Below, piece after piece: positions 1-14,254 of a DNA stretch of 64,000 nt. Numbering within the stretch: the stretch's first letter is position 1; each line of letters begins with the position of its first letter. Under the pieces are notes generated by a model. That model did no database searches. It was not told the origin of the DNA and saw only the letters and a program-made list of their open reading frames with translations. Origin of the DNA: Podarcis vaucheri (Eukaryota); assembly GCA_965113315.1 (NCBI GenBank), contig OZ220364.1. One strand, 5' to 3'. Both the position numbers and the translations under genes were made by a program.

Positions 1-396
1 TTAGAGAACCAGCCCCCCCCCCCAAATGTAAACACATGCCCATAGATTCATCAAGTTTCCTTGGGATGGATTCAGATTTCATGTGAGCAGAATTTTGCTA
101 ATGGGATAGTCTCCATGGTGGAAAAGGGAGTGATTTTTTTGCAGATTCCTCCTTTCTCCAACAGCTGCTCTGGATGTTTGGGACCTCTCTGTAGAATGTA
201 GTGTGGGGTGCATGAAAAGTTAACTGGAAATCTCAACCCCTTTCCTCAGCAGAAACCTACTCAGTTCTCCTAGATGGAAGAAGCCTTTTCATTTGCAGAA
301 GTGAGACTCAGGATTCAATCCATGATATTGATCTCTAACTATAGATTCATTTATGCTAACTATATACTCTGTAGAACAGATGCAGGTGATGTGCTA

Positions 397-657
<261 letters not shown>

Positions 658-745
658 CTATTATTCCCTCTTGGCTGGAAAAGCTGACAAGACTGCCGAT
701 TCCAGAGTTTTCTGCTCGCCTGCACTGCATCCCACCCTCCTATAC

Positions 746-999
746 CATGGGGCAGCCAACTTTTTCAGCAGGGGGCTGGTCCACTGTCCCTCAAACCTTG
801 TGGGGGGGGCGGAATATATTTTGAAAAAAAGAAATGAACGAATTCCTATGCCCCACAAATAACCCAGAGATGCATTTTAAATAAAAGCACATATTATACA
901 CATGTAAAAACACGCTGATTCCCGGACTGTCCGCGGGCCAGATTTAGAAGGCGATTGGGTCGGATCTGGCCCCCCAGGGCCTTAGGTTGCCTAGCTATG
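746..999. mobile_element. Non-autonomous hAT (Charlie-like) MITE
   Basis: Degenerate TIRs, GGCC/GGGCCG subterminal motifs, imperfect 8-bp TSD TCCTATAC/TCCTACAT. Confidence 0.6.
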
Positions 1000-2696
1000 T
1001 CCTACATTTTTCACACCAACAATGCTAATTTTAAAGTAGTCATGGACAACTCTGATGCTGAGGCGTGCATTAGCAACCACTCCTGATTCATACTGTGACA
1101 ATTTCTAAACTGTAATTTCTAACTGTGAAGATAGTTCAGTAATTTGAGTACAGTTTTTGGGATGCTGCAGGCTGTATTTGGAGCCCAAAAGAACTTTAAA
1201 ACCCCCGGGCCTTAAGCTTGAGACTCCAATTGTAAATATATAAAATGGATGTGTACCTCCCCACACCCATCTAACACTGGTAACTTATTCTCTTACTCCA
1301 CATCTATCAAGAGCCAACTACACTGCATTTCCCCCACCCAAGATTAAGAGTGGTCTCCCCTTTAAGTTGCTATGGTTTCAGTTACAGCTTCACAACATCT
1401 AACATTTTTATTAAGAATCTCATTTCTTTCTTTTTTCTTAAATGTTAATACAACTGTTCAGTGTCCAATACTTTTGTATAATAAAGAAGAATTAATCTAA
1501 TTGTATTTTTGATTACATAAAACACATTATTAAGTAAAAAATACTTATTTTCTTATAAACTGCAGTAATCCTTAACAAGTAAACTCGTTTCTATATCTCA
1601 TTGTATTGCATTGCCTGTGTCTTCACAGTTTCATAAGATTCTTTTTAGAAGAACAAAACAATTAGCCTGGCAAGCCTCAGGAGTGGAATGGAAGAGTGGA
1701 AGGTAACCCTGCAGAACATGAATCAGAAACTATTTTCCATGGAAGGGTTACAGTGAAGACATTTTCTGAAATCCTAGCAGTTTCTAATAGCCATCCCAAG
1801 AGTGCCATGACGCAGCTCTCTCTGCAGCCCAGTCGACCAACAGGAAATAATATACACATAGCTACCAAACTGTCTAATATGAGAGATTCAGACAGCAAGC
1901 TTAAAGCAAGAGGAAAGTGATCCGTTCCTGTGGTCTTGGATCTTTCTGCCTCTGAAAATCCTAAACAATTTAGGGGCAAACTGAACTTTCCTTTCTTATG
2001 ATCACATAATTAGAGATTAATACTGGATTTACACACAACTGAAGTATGATTTCTGAAAAATCTTTGCACTGCAGAATTACAAAAACAAGACTCAAGCAAA
2101 AACCTAGATGCAGAGATGGAGCAGCTTGGGAAGCATCCAGTCATGGCAATACTGAGCCAGATCCTTCTGAGTCACCTGGTGACTGTCATATGGATTCATA
2201 GGCACTGAAGTCAAAGAACCATTGTGCACATTTACTACTGCCCTATCCACAAGTAGTGTAATCCTAATCATGCCTACTCAGAATTAAGTTCTATTGAATT
2301 CAACAGGGCTTACACACAGATACAGGGGGATAGGATTGCAGCAAAGGCAAAATCTGATGTAGTCATACTGGTATCAGACCTACACGACATTGCTGAACTA
2401 CACAGGATAATTTAGAAATATCCAGTAAGATACACTGAGAAGGAAAAAATAAATTTCAAGTGCCAGGTTCTCATAGCTCATGGTTATGATTTTATGGTGA
2501 TTTGTAACAGTAAATACAAATGCAGCGCTTAGCCCATTGACAAATGGAGTCAGTTGAACACTAGATACACTCCAAACCCAGAATGCAGGGTCAAGTGTAA
2601 AAATCAATTGGAAAAACCCACTGATACATATGTACAGTGCCAGTAATATAAAAGTAAGGACATTTTGAAGCCATGAAGCCCCTGTCTTTCAGATTT

Positions 2697-3390
2697 TTGT
2701 GTGTGAAAAACTAAGATGTTATCACCACGTTGGGCACTGCTTTCTTTTTGGGTGAAGACAAAATAGATGTTGAACAGTTCTGCTTTCTCTCTGTCATCCA
2801 ATAGCATTTCTCTGTATTATCCACGCAGAGGACCTACTACTTCCTTGTTCTTTCTATTGCTTCAAACATAGCCATAAAACCCCTTATTATTTTTAACCTC
2901 TCTTGTAATTCTGTGTTTGTTTCTGAGCTTTAGCCTGTCTGACCTTCTCTCTGCAAGCACTGGCTACTTATTTATACTCTTCCTTTACAATCTGCCCCTT
3001 CTTCCACTTCTTAAACAAGTCCCCTTTAAATCTCAGCTCATCTGAAAGTTCCTTATGCCCCCCCCCACTGGTTTCTTTAGGCACCTCCTACTATACTTGT
3101 TTGTTGGAATTGTTTGTGGTTGTGCCTTCAAACATCTGTTTAAAGAAACTCCATCTATCATGACCCATTCTTTGAGTATTTCTGACCATGGGATCTCAGT
3201 CAGTATAGTTCATTATGCTTTTAGAATTCAAAATTTTTAAAGTCCAGAGTGCATGTCCAACTATACTCAGCTTTCCCTTTCCTCTGTATAATGAATCCCA
3301 AAAGGAAATGATCACTTCCTCCCAAGGTTCCACTACTTCCACTTTACTGACCAGTTCTTCTCTGTTGGTGAGAATGAAGTCCAAGATAGG
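2697..3390 (-). mobile_element. Degraded CR1 LINE ORF2 fragment
   Basis: Remnants ILDFILTNREELV and DREKAELFN typical of the CR1 endonuclease-RT linker; frameshifted. Confidence 0.75.
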
Positions 3391-3649
3391 CAATCCACTT
3401 ATTGCTTTTCCCCTTTCTAGAAAAATGAAGTGACTATTATATCTCTTTTATGAATGTTTGTTAATCTGCTCTATGAAGGCACCATCCAAAGCCATTACTT
3501 AGCCTGAAATTGTTTTTAGTTTTTATGCTCCTTCTAGAAATATGCAGCCAGTCTTAAGCAGTAGGAGGTAAATTATGACTGAATTCTGCTGCTGAATTCT
3601 GCTGATACAGAGATTGCTAAGAAACTCAAGACAGGAATCTTTTCGGAAA

Positions 3650-3757
3650 AGGAAATCTATGATTCTATTATGCTTTAATTGAGATTCCTGCACTGAAAGA
3701 GGTTTGACTGGATGGCCCTCGGGGTCCACACCTTTCAAATCTACAATTCTATGATTT
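3650..3757 (+). mobile_element. CR1 3' terminus
   Basis: TTCCTGCA...TTGACTGGATGGCCCT...ATTCTATGATT tail motif. Confidence 0.7.
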
Positions 3758-3812
3758 TCTCTTTCTTTCTTTCTTTCTTTCTTTCTTTCATTCATTCATT
3801 CATTTATTTATT
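3758..3812. repeat. Compound microsatellite (TTTC)n(TTCA)n(TTTA)n
   Basis: Direct reading. Confidence 0.9.
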
Positions 3813-3814
3813 TT

Positions 3815-4042
3815 AAATTTATGATTCTATTTACACCCCACCTTTCCTCCAAGCACCTCAAGGTGGTGTATGTTTTTCCCTCTTCTCCATTTTATGCTCC
3901 CAACAATCCTGTGACGTGGTTAGGCTGAGAGAGGGACTGGCCCAATGTCACATAGGGAGCTTCATGGCTAAGGCAGAATTTGAACCCTGGTCCTCCATGT
4001 CCTGGTTTTATATTCTGGCCTGACCACGACACCACTGGCTCT
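3815..4042 (-). mobile_element. Old tRNA-derived MIR/Squam3-like SINE; related copies near 17740-17875, 17945-18070, 27510-27665
   Basis: CORE-like AACAATCCTGTGA, GAGCTTCATGGCT and B-box complement ATTTGAACCC. Confidence 0.6.
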
Positions 4043-7000
4043 TTGTATTTTATCCTTTATTCCATTTATAGCCTTCAAGCAAAATACACCAATATTGAAA
4101 AATAACAACTTCTCTACTGTCTGGAAGATCTGTAGTTCCCAAAAACTTTCATTTTTGTTTCATTAACTTCAGAAAATGGAAAATTTGTTTGAATTGAAAC
4201 ACACTTGAACTTTCACATGGTTGTTCCTTGATTGATAAATGTTTGAAAATGCATGATTTCATTTGTACATGTCACCATGTTGCAGGAGCAAGCAACACAC
4301 TTGGCAGACTCTCAGACTGCATTCCTGGAACAAATACCTGGAGACATTCTGTGTTCTGCAGCATTTGAAAGTACTTTGGCAATATTAAGTCCCAAGAATG
4401 TTGCTTGTTCAGCAACCTGGTCAGAGACAAAAGCAATGCTATAATCAATTACATTCGTAACTTTGAACCTTGTATTCAAGAATTTTTCAAGTTTTTAAAA
4501 TGTTGCTTTTAAGTATGTTGCTTCATTCCAATATTAGAGGCCTGTTTCCATTTAGGAACAAACGAAGGTCATGGATACATACATTTCCCATGGCTTGTCT
4601 TTTTTGGAACAAGCACACTTGAATACAAAAATAGCCATGAGGTCACCACTGTTCTTTACTGCTGTTTCTCCTTAAGTGCTCCAAGATCTGCTACTTCTAA
4701 GCTACCTATAACACAATATAACATTCTGGAGAAAAGACTTCTGAATTTCTGTGTGGAAGGGTAATGGGTTTTATTTAACCCTAAGATGATGATTACTCAG
4801 CAAATTTCAGTGAAACTAAAAGGGCTGTGTCACTATCACAAAAACTGGGGGGGTTTGAATGATTTTATCTATTTGCTAGTTGACTTAAGAAGAAAAAAAG
4901 GCCTGCCTCCAAATTAAACTTTGTGACCCATCAATAATCCCTTGCCAAAACTATTTTCAGACAATGAAAAATCAGTACCCTAAGTTGCTTAGGGAGTTCA
5001 GCATGAGAACACACAACTGATATACTGTATTCTTGTTCTTGTTTAGAGAATATTCCATCTAGGCCTAGGAGACATCACTGAACCATCTAGAGTGCCACTT
5101 CTTGGCCTGCAAATTGTCTATTTTTATGCAATGATACAAACCAATGCAAGCATTATGAATGTAGCACTGAATACAGCAATTTATAGTTCCTTGAAAAATG
5201 AAAGAGAAAATATGTATACTTTCATGTAACATTTGATAGCAGAGAAGAAAGACCTGGGCAGTACAGACTGAAAGGGAAGCTATAAGTCTGAAGCTCAATG
5301 CCCAAAGCTCAATGCTTTTAAGCCTTAATAGTCTGCAAAAGAACAGTCAGCTTGTCCCACATCACCATTTTCAGCTTGCTAGAACATTTTATCAGAAAAT
5401 TGAAGTACAATTTCACACTATTGTGTTTAAGCAACTGAGGATTTTTTTAAAAGATTCTTTTTTAACACAGATTTCTTTGGGTCAAAGTCTTAAGTTTGCA
5501 TAAAAATGAATACATAATGGATTTTTTGTGGAGGGAATATATAACTTAAGTATGTGCAGGAATAAAGCCTAATTGTCTCCATATTGAGATTCTTATCCAT
5601 CTCATTAACAAGTGTCACATTAGGCATATAAACAGCCACTTGCTTGGTTGATGTGGAAAGTTAAGCATTGTCTCCAGGTGGCCATGTAATTTTTGTAAAT
5701 TTGTTTTAAACCACAAGTGACTAACACAAGTATATGAAGGCAGGGTGACCTAGTAACTTGTAGATTTTCAAGGCTGTGTTGTATTAAAACATCACAAACC
5801 AAGGCAATTTTCAGGTTCTTAGTTGACAGTATCCAAGATGGATAATTTTTTTTGCTGCCTGCCATAATTCCACATACATCAATAATGAATTGTCATGAAT
5901 TAAGCTTCTTTGAGCTTTTTGAATTTTTCAGGTGCAAACGATTTTACACAAATATTTACATGCAAAATTGAAGCAGCAGAGGCATAACTTGCAGACAGCT
6001 AAAAAACAGAAGTGTGTGTTAGGCTTAAGAAAAATGCAGAAATAAATTAGAAGACTAGATTATGAAATATGCAATGGAAGATGTTTCTCTGAGAATTTGT
6101 GATACTTGTGCTAGAAATATACAACCTGTCCTATACACAGGCAACACAAGGAAACTACCTCAGTCATTAATTTCATACAATGAGCTCTTCCCCTCCTTCC
6201 TTCAGATCTATCTGCTTTTTAACCACTAAAAGAGTAGGCTTTAAGATGTTTTGCAGCCTGTTGCAAACAAAGGGACAATTAAGTTTTAAAAATCTAAAAG
6301 CAATATATTTACACTCTGCTAGATTTGCAGAATACTTTTTCTGGTATCCATCAGGTGATAGGAAGAACTAGGGAAAAAGTTATGAGAGAGTTAAAAAACT
6401 GCTTCCTGTTGTTAAATTAAGTGCATGAGGTAAGCTGTTGCCAGCTGCCAAATGCTACGTTAGCTTTCTAAATTAAAGACTTAAGACAGAACAAAACTTG
6501 CTTTCAGTGTGTTATTTTGGTGACTTATGTCAGCTTTTCAATTACAATGAACACAGTGACTTAGGTTTTATAAATCATTCCTTCTTTTCAAGTCCCACAC
6601 CAAAATATAGAGATCTGACATTAATGACATTTACCTACTGCAAGTTAACATTGTGCCTATACTGGCATTAAGTATCAGAATAATTTTTAACTGGTTTCTG
6701 CAGTCCTAACTGAACCACTGTTTTCCTCACTTGTGGAAGTTAAGCAAATATGTATTAATAACTTTATGGGCTAGATCCTTATTTCCCATGAGTGAAATTA
6801 CACTCATGCGCTAATGGATTAAAGGAGATTCCTCCTCTTCCTCTCTGCAGCCCCATAAAAATCTGCTCTAGAGGGATGGGGAACTCCCCATCCAGTGTTT
6901 GGTGCTTTTTAAATATGGCACCAAATGCAAGCCCTGCTGGGAGTGGTTTTACTCAGGAGTTTTTGGGTGGAGCTGATCACTGCTGAAAGCAGGGCTTACA

Positions 7001-8200
7001 TACAGCAGGAATCTTTGCAGCTGCAGCTTGAATTCAAGTTTGGGCTGCAACAAAAAAGGGAAGAATTGGGGTACTTAAGTGCAACCCTGATTCTTTCTTT
7101 GAAGTTATAGGATATATAGTGTCAGGTTGTTAACAGGTGGGCAAGTCTTGCCCACCTCTCAAAAGTGGCCTACAGTCGGTGGGCCAGAACAGGATCCTGC
7201 TTACTGCTCTGATCCAGTTTGCCAGTTTGCTCCAACAGGAATTTGTGCTGGATTGGAGTCCCCTCTACAAACCAAAGGAGCCCCTCAGTTGTAGAACATG
7301 CCTGGATCCAACCCTATAAAATTAGGAATATCTTCAAAAACTTGACATATTGCTCACTTAATGATAGTTCATAATATCAGTATTTCAACCTTGAAAATAT
7401 ATATATTATTTTTACTGAAAATGGAAAATAATTCACATTTAAAACTGCACAGTTATTAAAGTTAATGATTCCACTTGAGTTAAGCATCTTAATCTGGTAG
7501 GCTAGTGCAATAAGCAGGGTGTAACCTTTCCATGTCTGTATATGACCAGAGAAGATGAAAGGTCAACTGAAACATCACCCTTGCTGGAATGCCTCTGCGG
7601 CAGTACAGCCAACCAAATGTTTTCTGACAGTAAGGCAAAGGACAATTCAGAAAGAATTACTCTTGAACCATGAGCCAAATTGCAGGACAGCAGCAGAAAC
7701 ATCCTGAAGTGGGTTGCAGCTACCAAGAAGCTGTAGTTTACTCCCAATTAAGTGTAAAAGATAAACGCATAAGGTTTCTAATTCATGTAGAGGAACAAAA
7801 CAAAAAACAAAAAACCCCAAAGTTGACAAACCTTAGAAAAATGGTTGTGACTATGAGTCATTCCTTGGTGTTGACATTTAAGGAAGGAAGTACATGTCTC
7901 TCCCTTCTAGCTTCCTGCAGGTCTTCAGTTTAGCCTGAATCAAAAGTTCCTGGATAATAGATTCTGTATATTTGGGGGCAGGGAAGGGGGAAGAATCAAG
8001 ATCCAGGAAATAAAGACACAGACACAAATACAATCCCCACTGAAGGGCATCATATTTCTGGATAGTTCCTGTACCAAGATTATAAAATTATATTCTACCT
8101 CATAGTGTAGTTCCATAACACTATGTAAAACATAGAAGACTAATAGGAAAAAGAATGAACAGAAGGTATATTTAAACTTCTTTTGAAAAAGGAAAGTACC

Positions 8201-8288
8201 AGCTGCTGCTGCTGCTGCTGCTACTACTACTACTACTAATTTATTATTTGTACCCCATCCATCTGGCCGGGCTTCCCTAGCCACTCTA
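8201..8288 (-). repeat. (GCT)n(ACT)n microsatellite at an L2-like 3' tail; similar tail at about 19975-20045
   Basis: Triplet runs followed by TTTATTATTTGTACCCC...GCCACTCT. Confidence 0.6.
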
Positions 8289-9952
8289 TGAACAGTATGT
8301 AGTCAGAACATTTAGCAGGGAAAGCCTTTAAGATAGCAGGGGCTACCCTGTGGCCCACCTGCGCCCTCTAGATGCTACTTGACTACAATTCCCATCATGG
8401 CTGATAAATGACTATGCTTGTGGGATTGATGGTTGAGCAATATCTGGAGGGCCACAGGCAAGCCACCTGTAGCTTTAATGGAAGGCTAAGTTTCTCTTTT
8501 CTTTAGGCTGTTTTAATTAGGTGGTGTACACTCTGCACTCAAAAGTAATTTTGAGTCTCAAATACATTTCTGGATTGAATCAGAACCAGAATGAACAACT
8601 TCAGCCACAACTACTAAAAGTCTGACCCGTTTGCAAATTTAGACTGTTTACCCTTATGTATCTTAGTAAGGAATTGGTTACAACTTCTGAAATCTTAGAA
8701 CAAAGAAAAATCCATTCCAAACACACTGACTTGGGCTCACCTCCAAATATACATAGAACTGAGTCTGTCTCGGCAAAAATGGCTATATAGAAGTAATGAA
8801 CTCCTGCTTCCAGAATGTTACTGGCAGACAAAGAGCAGTTTGTGTTGTCACAAAATGCAAGTTGTTTGCCAAGAAAACCCATACTAGTGTGATTCAAGCT
8901 AACCAAATACATTTTAAGTATATTTGCTAATTTTGCACATTTTACTCTAAACCAAAAATTAGATATTTAATTGCTTTGGCAAGTAAAAATGCTGCAGTGG
9001 TAGGAGAGTTATAAGCATCAAGGCTGTGGGGAAATCCCCCCCAAATTGACCAAAGAACCTTCCTTGAGTGTAGTTCCAGCTTATGGCAGTTGCTTCTGCT
9101 TGATTTTGGGGGGTCCCCCTCAGTGCCACAGCCCACCCCATTCAGCAGGGCCCTGCTACTCAGTGGAACATTTTCAGGAGTCTGGACACGTCAGCTTCTG
9201 CTAGTCCCATTACACACACTTTAGTCTGGATTGTAACCTATATTTCTCTTAAGGATGAACTCAAATAAAATTAGGCAACTAACAAAACCAACGAACCAAC
9301 CGGATTATAATCAGGGGTAGTGAGACAGGCTGATCTCAAGCAATGCTGCAAATGGAACCTGAACCTAATGGTAGTCATTGGCCTTCTTCAAGTATAACGC
9401 TAAAACATGGCTGATCATTATGAAAACAAGTTGGAACAAATCTCAAACTCTGGCTCCCCTTCCTCCCTGGCACAGTCATAAGGAACTCAGATGCTTTTGC
9501 TTCAGCCTGTTACATCATCCAAACCTGAACTGTGGGTAATTTTAACTATGGTTTGCTGAAACAAGTCCGCTTTATAAACTGAGGTTTGAAGTTAGCTTGT
9601 TTAAACAAACCGTAGTTAAGATTTGTCTGGGTCTGGATGACAGAACAAGCAGACAATAGAACAAGCTGAAGTTAACTTAAAATCTAAGCAGAAGCTTCTT
9701 GCAGAAATGCTGGAGGAGATGGGAGTGCACAAGCCAAAGTTTTAGGGTTACATTCAAATGCAGCTACTGAGTGACTATGGATTTTAATATTATGCAAGTG
9801 TCTCCCCCCACCTCCATCTCAAGCTTAGAAGCTGTACATATATTTGAAATGAAAAGTTCTGGGATGTCTTTGCCTGAAGCTATTCTAATTCCAAGTTTAG
9901 GAATTTGAAGCTCCAATCTGATTTACAATGCATGATGGGTATGACTGAGCTT

Positions 9953-10302
9953 AAGGTAAAGGTAAAGGGACCCCTGACCATTAGGTCCAGCCGTGGCCGA
10001 CTCTGGGGTTGTGGTGCTCATCTCGCTTTATTGGCTGAGGGAGCCGGCGTACAGCTTCCGGTCATGTGGCCAGCATGACTAAGCCGCTTCTGGCGAACCA
10101 GAGCAGTGCATGGAAATGCCGTTTGCCTTCCCGCCTGAGCGATACCTATTTATCTACTTGCACTTTGACGTGCTTTTGAACTGCTAGGTTGGCAGGAGCA
10201 GGGACCGAGCAATGGGAGCTCACCCCATCGCGGGGATTCGAACCGCCAACCTTCTGATCAGCAAGTCCTAGGTTCTGTGGTTTAACCCACAGCGCCACCC
10301 GC
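9953..10302 (-). mobile_element. Sauria SINE (POM/lacertid type)
   Basis: tRNA head with B box (GGTTCGAATCC on minus), body shared with three other copies, (ACCTTT)n tail, possible GCTTAA TSD. Confidence 0.92.
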
Positions 10303-12351
10303 TTAAAGCTTAAAGCAGCATCTAAATGATCCTACTATTAAAATTACTCTGTATACACAAATTGAATTTTAATCATCAGCTGTTTCCTAATTGGATGGGT
10401 CAGCAATGTGAATAAAATCCTGCAAGCACTCCAGCCAAGCACTTTCATGCCAACTGGAGTCAGGGTCCAGCTGGTAAGCAACACAAGCTTCTTGCTCCAA
10501 GGATACCAGTTTTCATTTACTTATGTAAAATCAAATCCCAATCAAGCTTCCAGAAAATGTACCGAAGTATGGGTTTTCTGCTACATTAAGAGTATTGGTG
10601 GAATTGTATATCTTAGAAATTGTTTAATAAACGTAAGGTATCAATCAGTTAAACAGAGACGAAAAATTAAAGCACTTCAACTTGTTTGCAAGATATGAAA
10701 GTATATGAAAGAACTAGCATTTTTGGAGACAGATGTTTTGAAAGAACTTCCAATGCTTGAGAGATATGCAATGCTATTATTAACCACTGAAGACCACTTA
10801 TGGTTGAAATGCATTCAGCAGCTGAGGGGGGTGGGGTGGGTTTCAATCTTCATTGGGCCCAACATATTCTGGTAATTTAAATTATGCTGAAGTGATTTAA
10901 GTAGTCATATATACAAGTAAAGGAACTTAAAGAGTTTTTATAATTGTTTTTAAGGATAATAAAGTTGCAGAAAAAAATACTAATAGTAGTCTTTCAATTA
11001 TCTGGTATTTAAGTGAACTTATTCGCCACCCTTCTGTTGGTGCTCTGGTACTTATCAACGTATTAGCCAACCTTAATTTTTTATCACAGTCAATTCCTCC
11101 CAAGTCTTCTGTTTTAGGAAAGAGACGGGAGTATTATACCATTCTGGGCTTCTGGAAAAGATAGAAGTGATGCAAGTCTCTTGTCACTTTTGCTTTTTCC
11201 ACAGCTCAGTACAAAAAACATCCATATCCCAACTCAGAAGAGAAAAAGGCAGGTCAAGCTGAGAAGAGTCCCTGATCCTTGGGCAAGCAGATTTGTGAAA
11301 ACTTGGATAAGACTGTATTTTGAAAAGGTAGTTCTAGTCATTTTTCTTTGTTCCTTTTCAGCTTTTATAGGGTTCAGTGCAAATTTATTTCATCACACCT
11401 ACAGAATTATGAAAGGTAGAAATATTAATGAAAACACTGAGTTAAGGGGAAGTATATCTGTGATAAAAATGTATGTATTACCAAGGATGTATTTCCTATT
11501 TGAATCGATACCTGTGGTCAAGGGGGCAGGACACTTTAAACAATGGCAAAAATATATTTCCAAATTTGTCTGGCGGGGGGGAAACCCAGAATAAAACATA
11601 AATTGTTAACAGATGCTAAAGAAAGGGGCAGATTCTCCCTGCCAGATCTGAAATTGTACTATGAGGTGTCCTGCCTTTGCTGGTTATGGGAATGGAATAC
11701 AGACCTACTAGATTTGGACCTACAGATTTGGGTGGCATGCTTATTTACGGTATGGAAACACAAAGGTACATAAGAGATTCCTGAACCACACTGTAGGGAA
11801 ATCAATTTATGAAGTATGGGGAAAGTATAAAAACTTGTTGGAAACTAAAACACCATGGTGGCTCTCCCCATTAGAAGTGATATCTATTACATATGTACTA
11901 TAAATATGAAAGATGGTTGGGCAAATTATAAAGAATTGTTAATGGAGGTGGAAAACCAATTAAAACTAAAAGAGTCCAATGAAGTAAGGTATACGTTATC
12001 AGACTGGTTATAACACCATCAACTGAATGATATATTCAGGATAGATAAAAGTGTGCGTTTTGGAAAAGAACTCTCAAAGTTTGAAAAAAGATTTATTAGA
12101 CAATAACGAAAAACTGTTATCAAAAATGTATAAATCACTGTTGTAATGGGAGACAAAAGAGGAGGAAGTTAAAATGGTTAAGATACAATGAGCAAAGGAT
12201 GTGGGGTATAATATACCATTAAATCAATGGGAGAAGTTATGGAAAGAGGATTTAAAATCTACAGCTTGCTTTTTGCTGAAAGAAAATTATATGAAGATGA
12301 TGTACTGAATGTATTTGAGTCCAACAAAATCAGCAAAAATGTATAATAGTA

Positions 12352-12854
12352 CAGTGTTTCCCAAACGTTTTTGGGCAACGGCACACCTGTTTACCGGAAA
12401 AAAATCTCGCGGCACACCACCATTAAAGCCCCGCCCCGTGACATCAGCGCGCAGCGTCACGCCGGGAGGGACGCACAAAAGTGAACGTTTTTTCCCTTCC
12501 CCTTGCCGGGGTGGGAGGAGGCAGCAGAGCGAGGGACTGAGGGACGGCGGCAGCTGAGGCGGCGGCGGCTGTTGTGGTGGTGGCGGCGATAGCGGGCGGA
12601 GGAGGAGCCGTCGCCGGGAGTTGCTGCTGCTGCTGTTGCTGCTGCTGCCCGGACATGCCGGCCTCCTCCTCCTCCGCTGTCGCGCGCGCTGCCCCGCCGC
12701 TCGGCACCACCACCGCGGAGCCGCCCCCGGCTCGACGCGGATCCTCGCCGCCGCCGCCTCTCGCCGCCCGACTCGCCCGCCTCCCTCCCACGGCACACCA
12801 GCCGGTGTCTCACGGCACACTAGTGTGCCGCGGAACACCGGTTGGGAAACACTG
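12352..12854. mobile_element. Young non-autonomous hAT element with GC-rich internal cargo
   Basis: TIR CAGTGTTTCCCAA / TTGGGAAACACTG; perfect 8-bp TSD TAATAGTA (12344-12351, 12855-12862). Confidence 0.93.
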
Positions 12855-13237
12855 TAATAGTACATCAAATGTATGTTGGAAGTGTAAGGAAAAGGAAGGT
12901 ACTTTTTACTATATGTGGTGGTCCTGCAGAAAAGTAAAAGACTTCTGGGAAATGATATATAATCAACTGAAAAGAGGTTTAAAATAACTTTTGTCAAAAA
13001 ACCAGGAGCCTTTTTACTTGGATTAACAGGGGATGGAATACCAAGGGACTTAAAAAGACTATGTACACAACAACGGCCGCAAGAATATTACTTTCCTAGA
13101 AATGGAAAGAGAAGGTACCAACAAAAGAAGAATGGATAATTAAGATGATGGATTATGCCAAAATGGCAAAGATGACCATGAAGACCAGAGATCAAGATGA
13201 GAAAAAGTTTCAGCAAGAACACAAGATATTTATAGAC

Positions 13238-13476
13238 CGGGGATGTCCAATCAGTAGATCACGACCTACCAGTAGATCCCCGACTGATCCAGGTAGATCA
13301 CGGGATCCTTATTGTGTACAAAAAGTTATGGGGGGGAGCTAAAAAGCTCTGTGCAATCCTGCTCCTGCAAAAAGTTCAACAACTCTGGGCACTTCACTTC
13401 CACCCATGCACACTCCTCCTCCTTCCAATGATAATGGGTAGATCACTGCCAGTTTTTTGGGAGTTGGACATGCCTG
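13238..13476. mobile_element. hAT MITE nested in L1
   Basis: TIR CGGGGATGTCCAA / TTGGACATGCCTG; TSD TTATAGAC/CTATAGAC; internal GTAGATC repeats. Confidence 0.8.
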
Positions 13477-14254
13477 CTATAGACTATTTAAAAGACCACG
13501 GTAAATATAGTAAAATGTTTGCAGGTTTGATATAACATTTATGTAATTATACAATTGGGAATTAAGATAAACAAGAGGGAAAACAAAGTTTGGAGAAATA
13601 AAATGAGATGCAAGAAATTATGGGGGAGGAAATTGGAATTCAGGACAGGGGTGGGGGAAAATCTATACTATATTCTTGGAAAATCATTGAATATATGACT
13701 AATTGTGATAATAAAATCTGAAAAATCAAATATTTTTTTAAAAAAGAAAACACCGAGTCACACTTCATTATTAAACCAATTAGACTGAAACAAAAACAAA
13801 GGAAGTCATCTTACAGACTTAAAGTGCTAGAAATGTACTGCCAGCGTCATATCCAAATACTAAGCTTTAGAGAATTAGACGGAATCTCAAGATACCAGAT
13901 TGGCAATTTTTAATGTTGGAAAGGTGAAGTTTTTAAAGCAACCAATTATGAAGAGTTTAATCATAAAGGCTACAGGAAAGAACTGTAAACATCTCAACAC
14001 CTACAGATCAAAAGCTTAGCATTTCTTGAGGTGAAAGTAATATTAATTTGTGGCCAAAATTCACAGGAGTATTAACACTACTTGAGGAACAAGTTTGTAT
14101 CAACGCTTTACGATGCAGGGCTGGAAAACAAATGCCTTGATGCCCAACTTGCCTGAGTGCAAGTGGACTCAATTCAAGTGGACTACACTAGCACCACACT
14201 ATGCCTGCAGAATGCCGAACAGTCCTTGCACCAAGCTAAGAATCTTTAATCCAT

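Larger units (their letters stand above)
11400..13750 (+). mobile_element. 5'-truncated L1-clade LINE (ORF2 C-terminus and 3' UTR), interrupted by two hAT MITEs
   Basis: Remnants IKMYVLPRMYFLF, FVWRGG, FSLPDLKLYYE and CWKCKEKEGTFYYMWWSC cysteine knuckle; many stops; A-rich end. Confidence 0.88.

Noticed and set aside
10230-10302. tRNA gene suggested by GGTTCGAATCC B box
   Set aside because: It is the tRNA-derived head of a Sauria SINE, continuous with the SINE body.
12287-12997. 236-aa and other overlapping ORFs as a stand-alone gene
   Set aside because: They cross L1/hAT boundaries and arise from GC-rich triplet cargo that is open in several frames.
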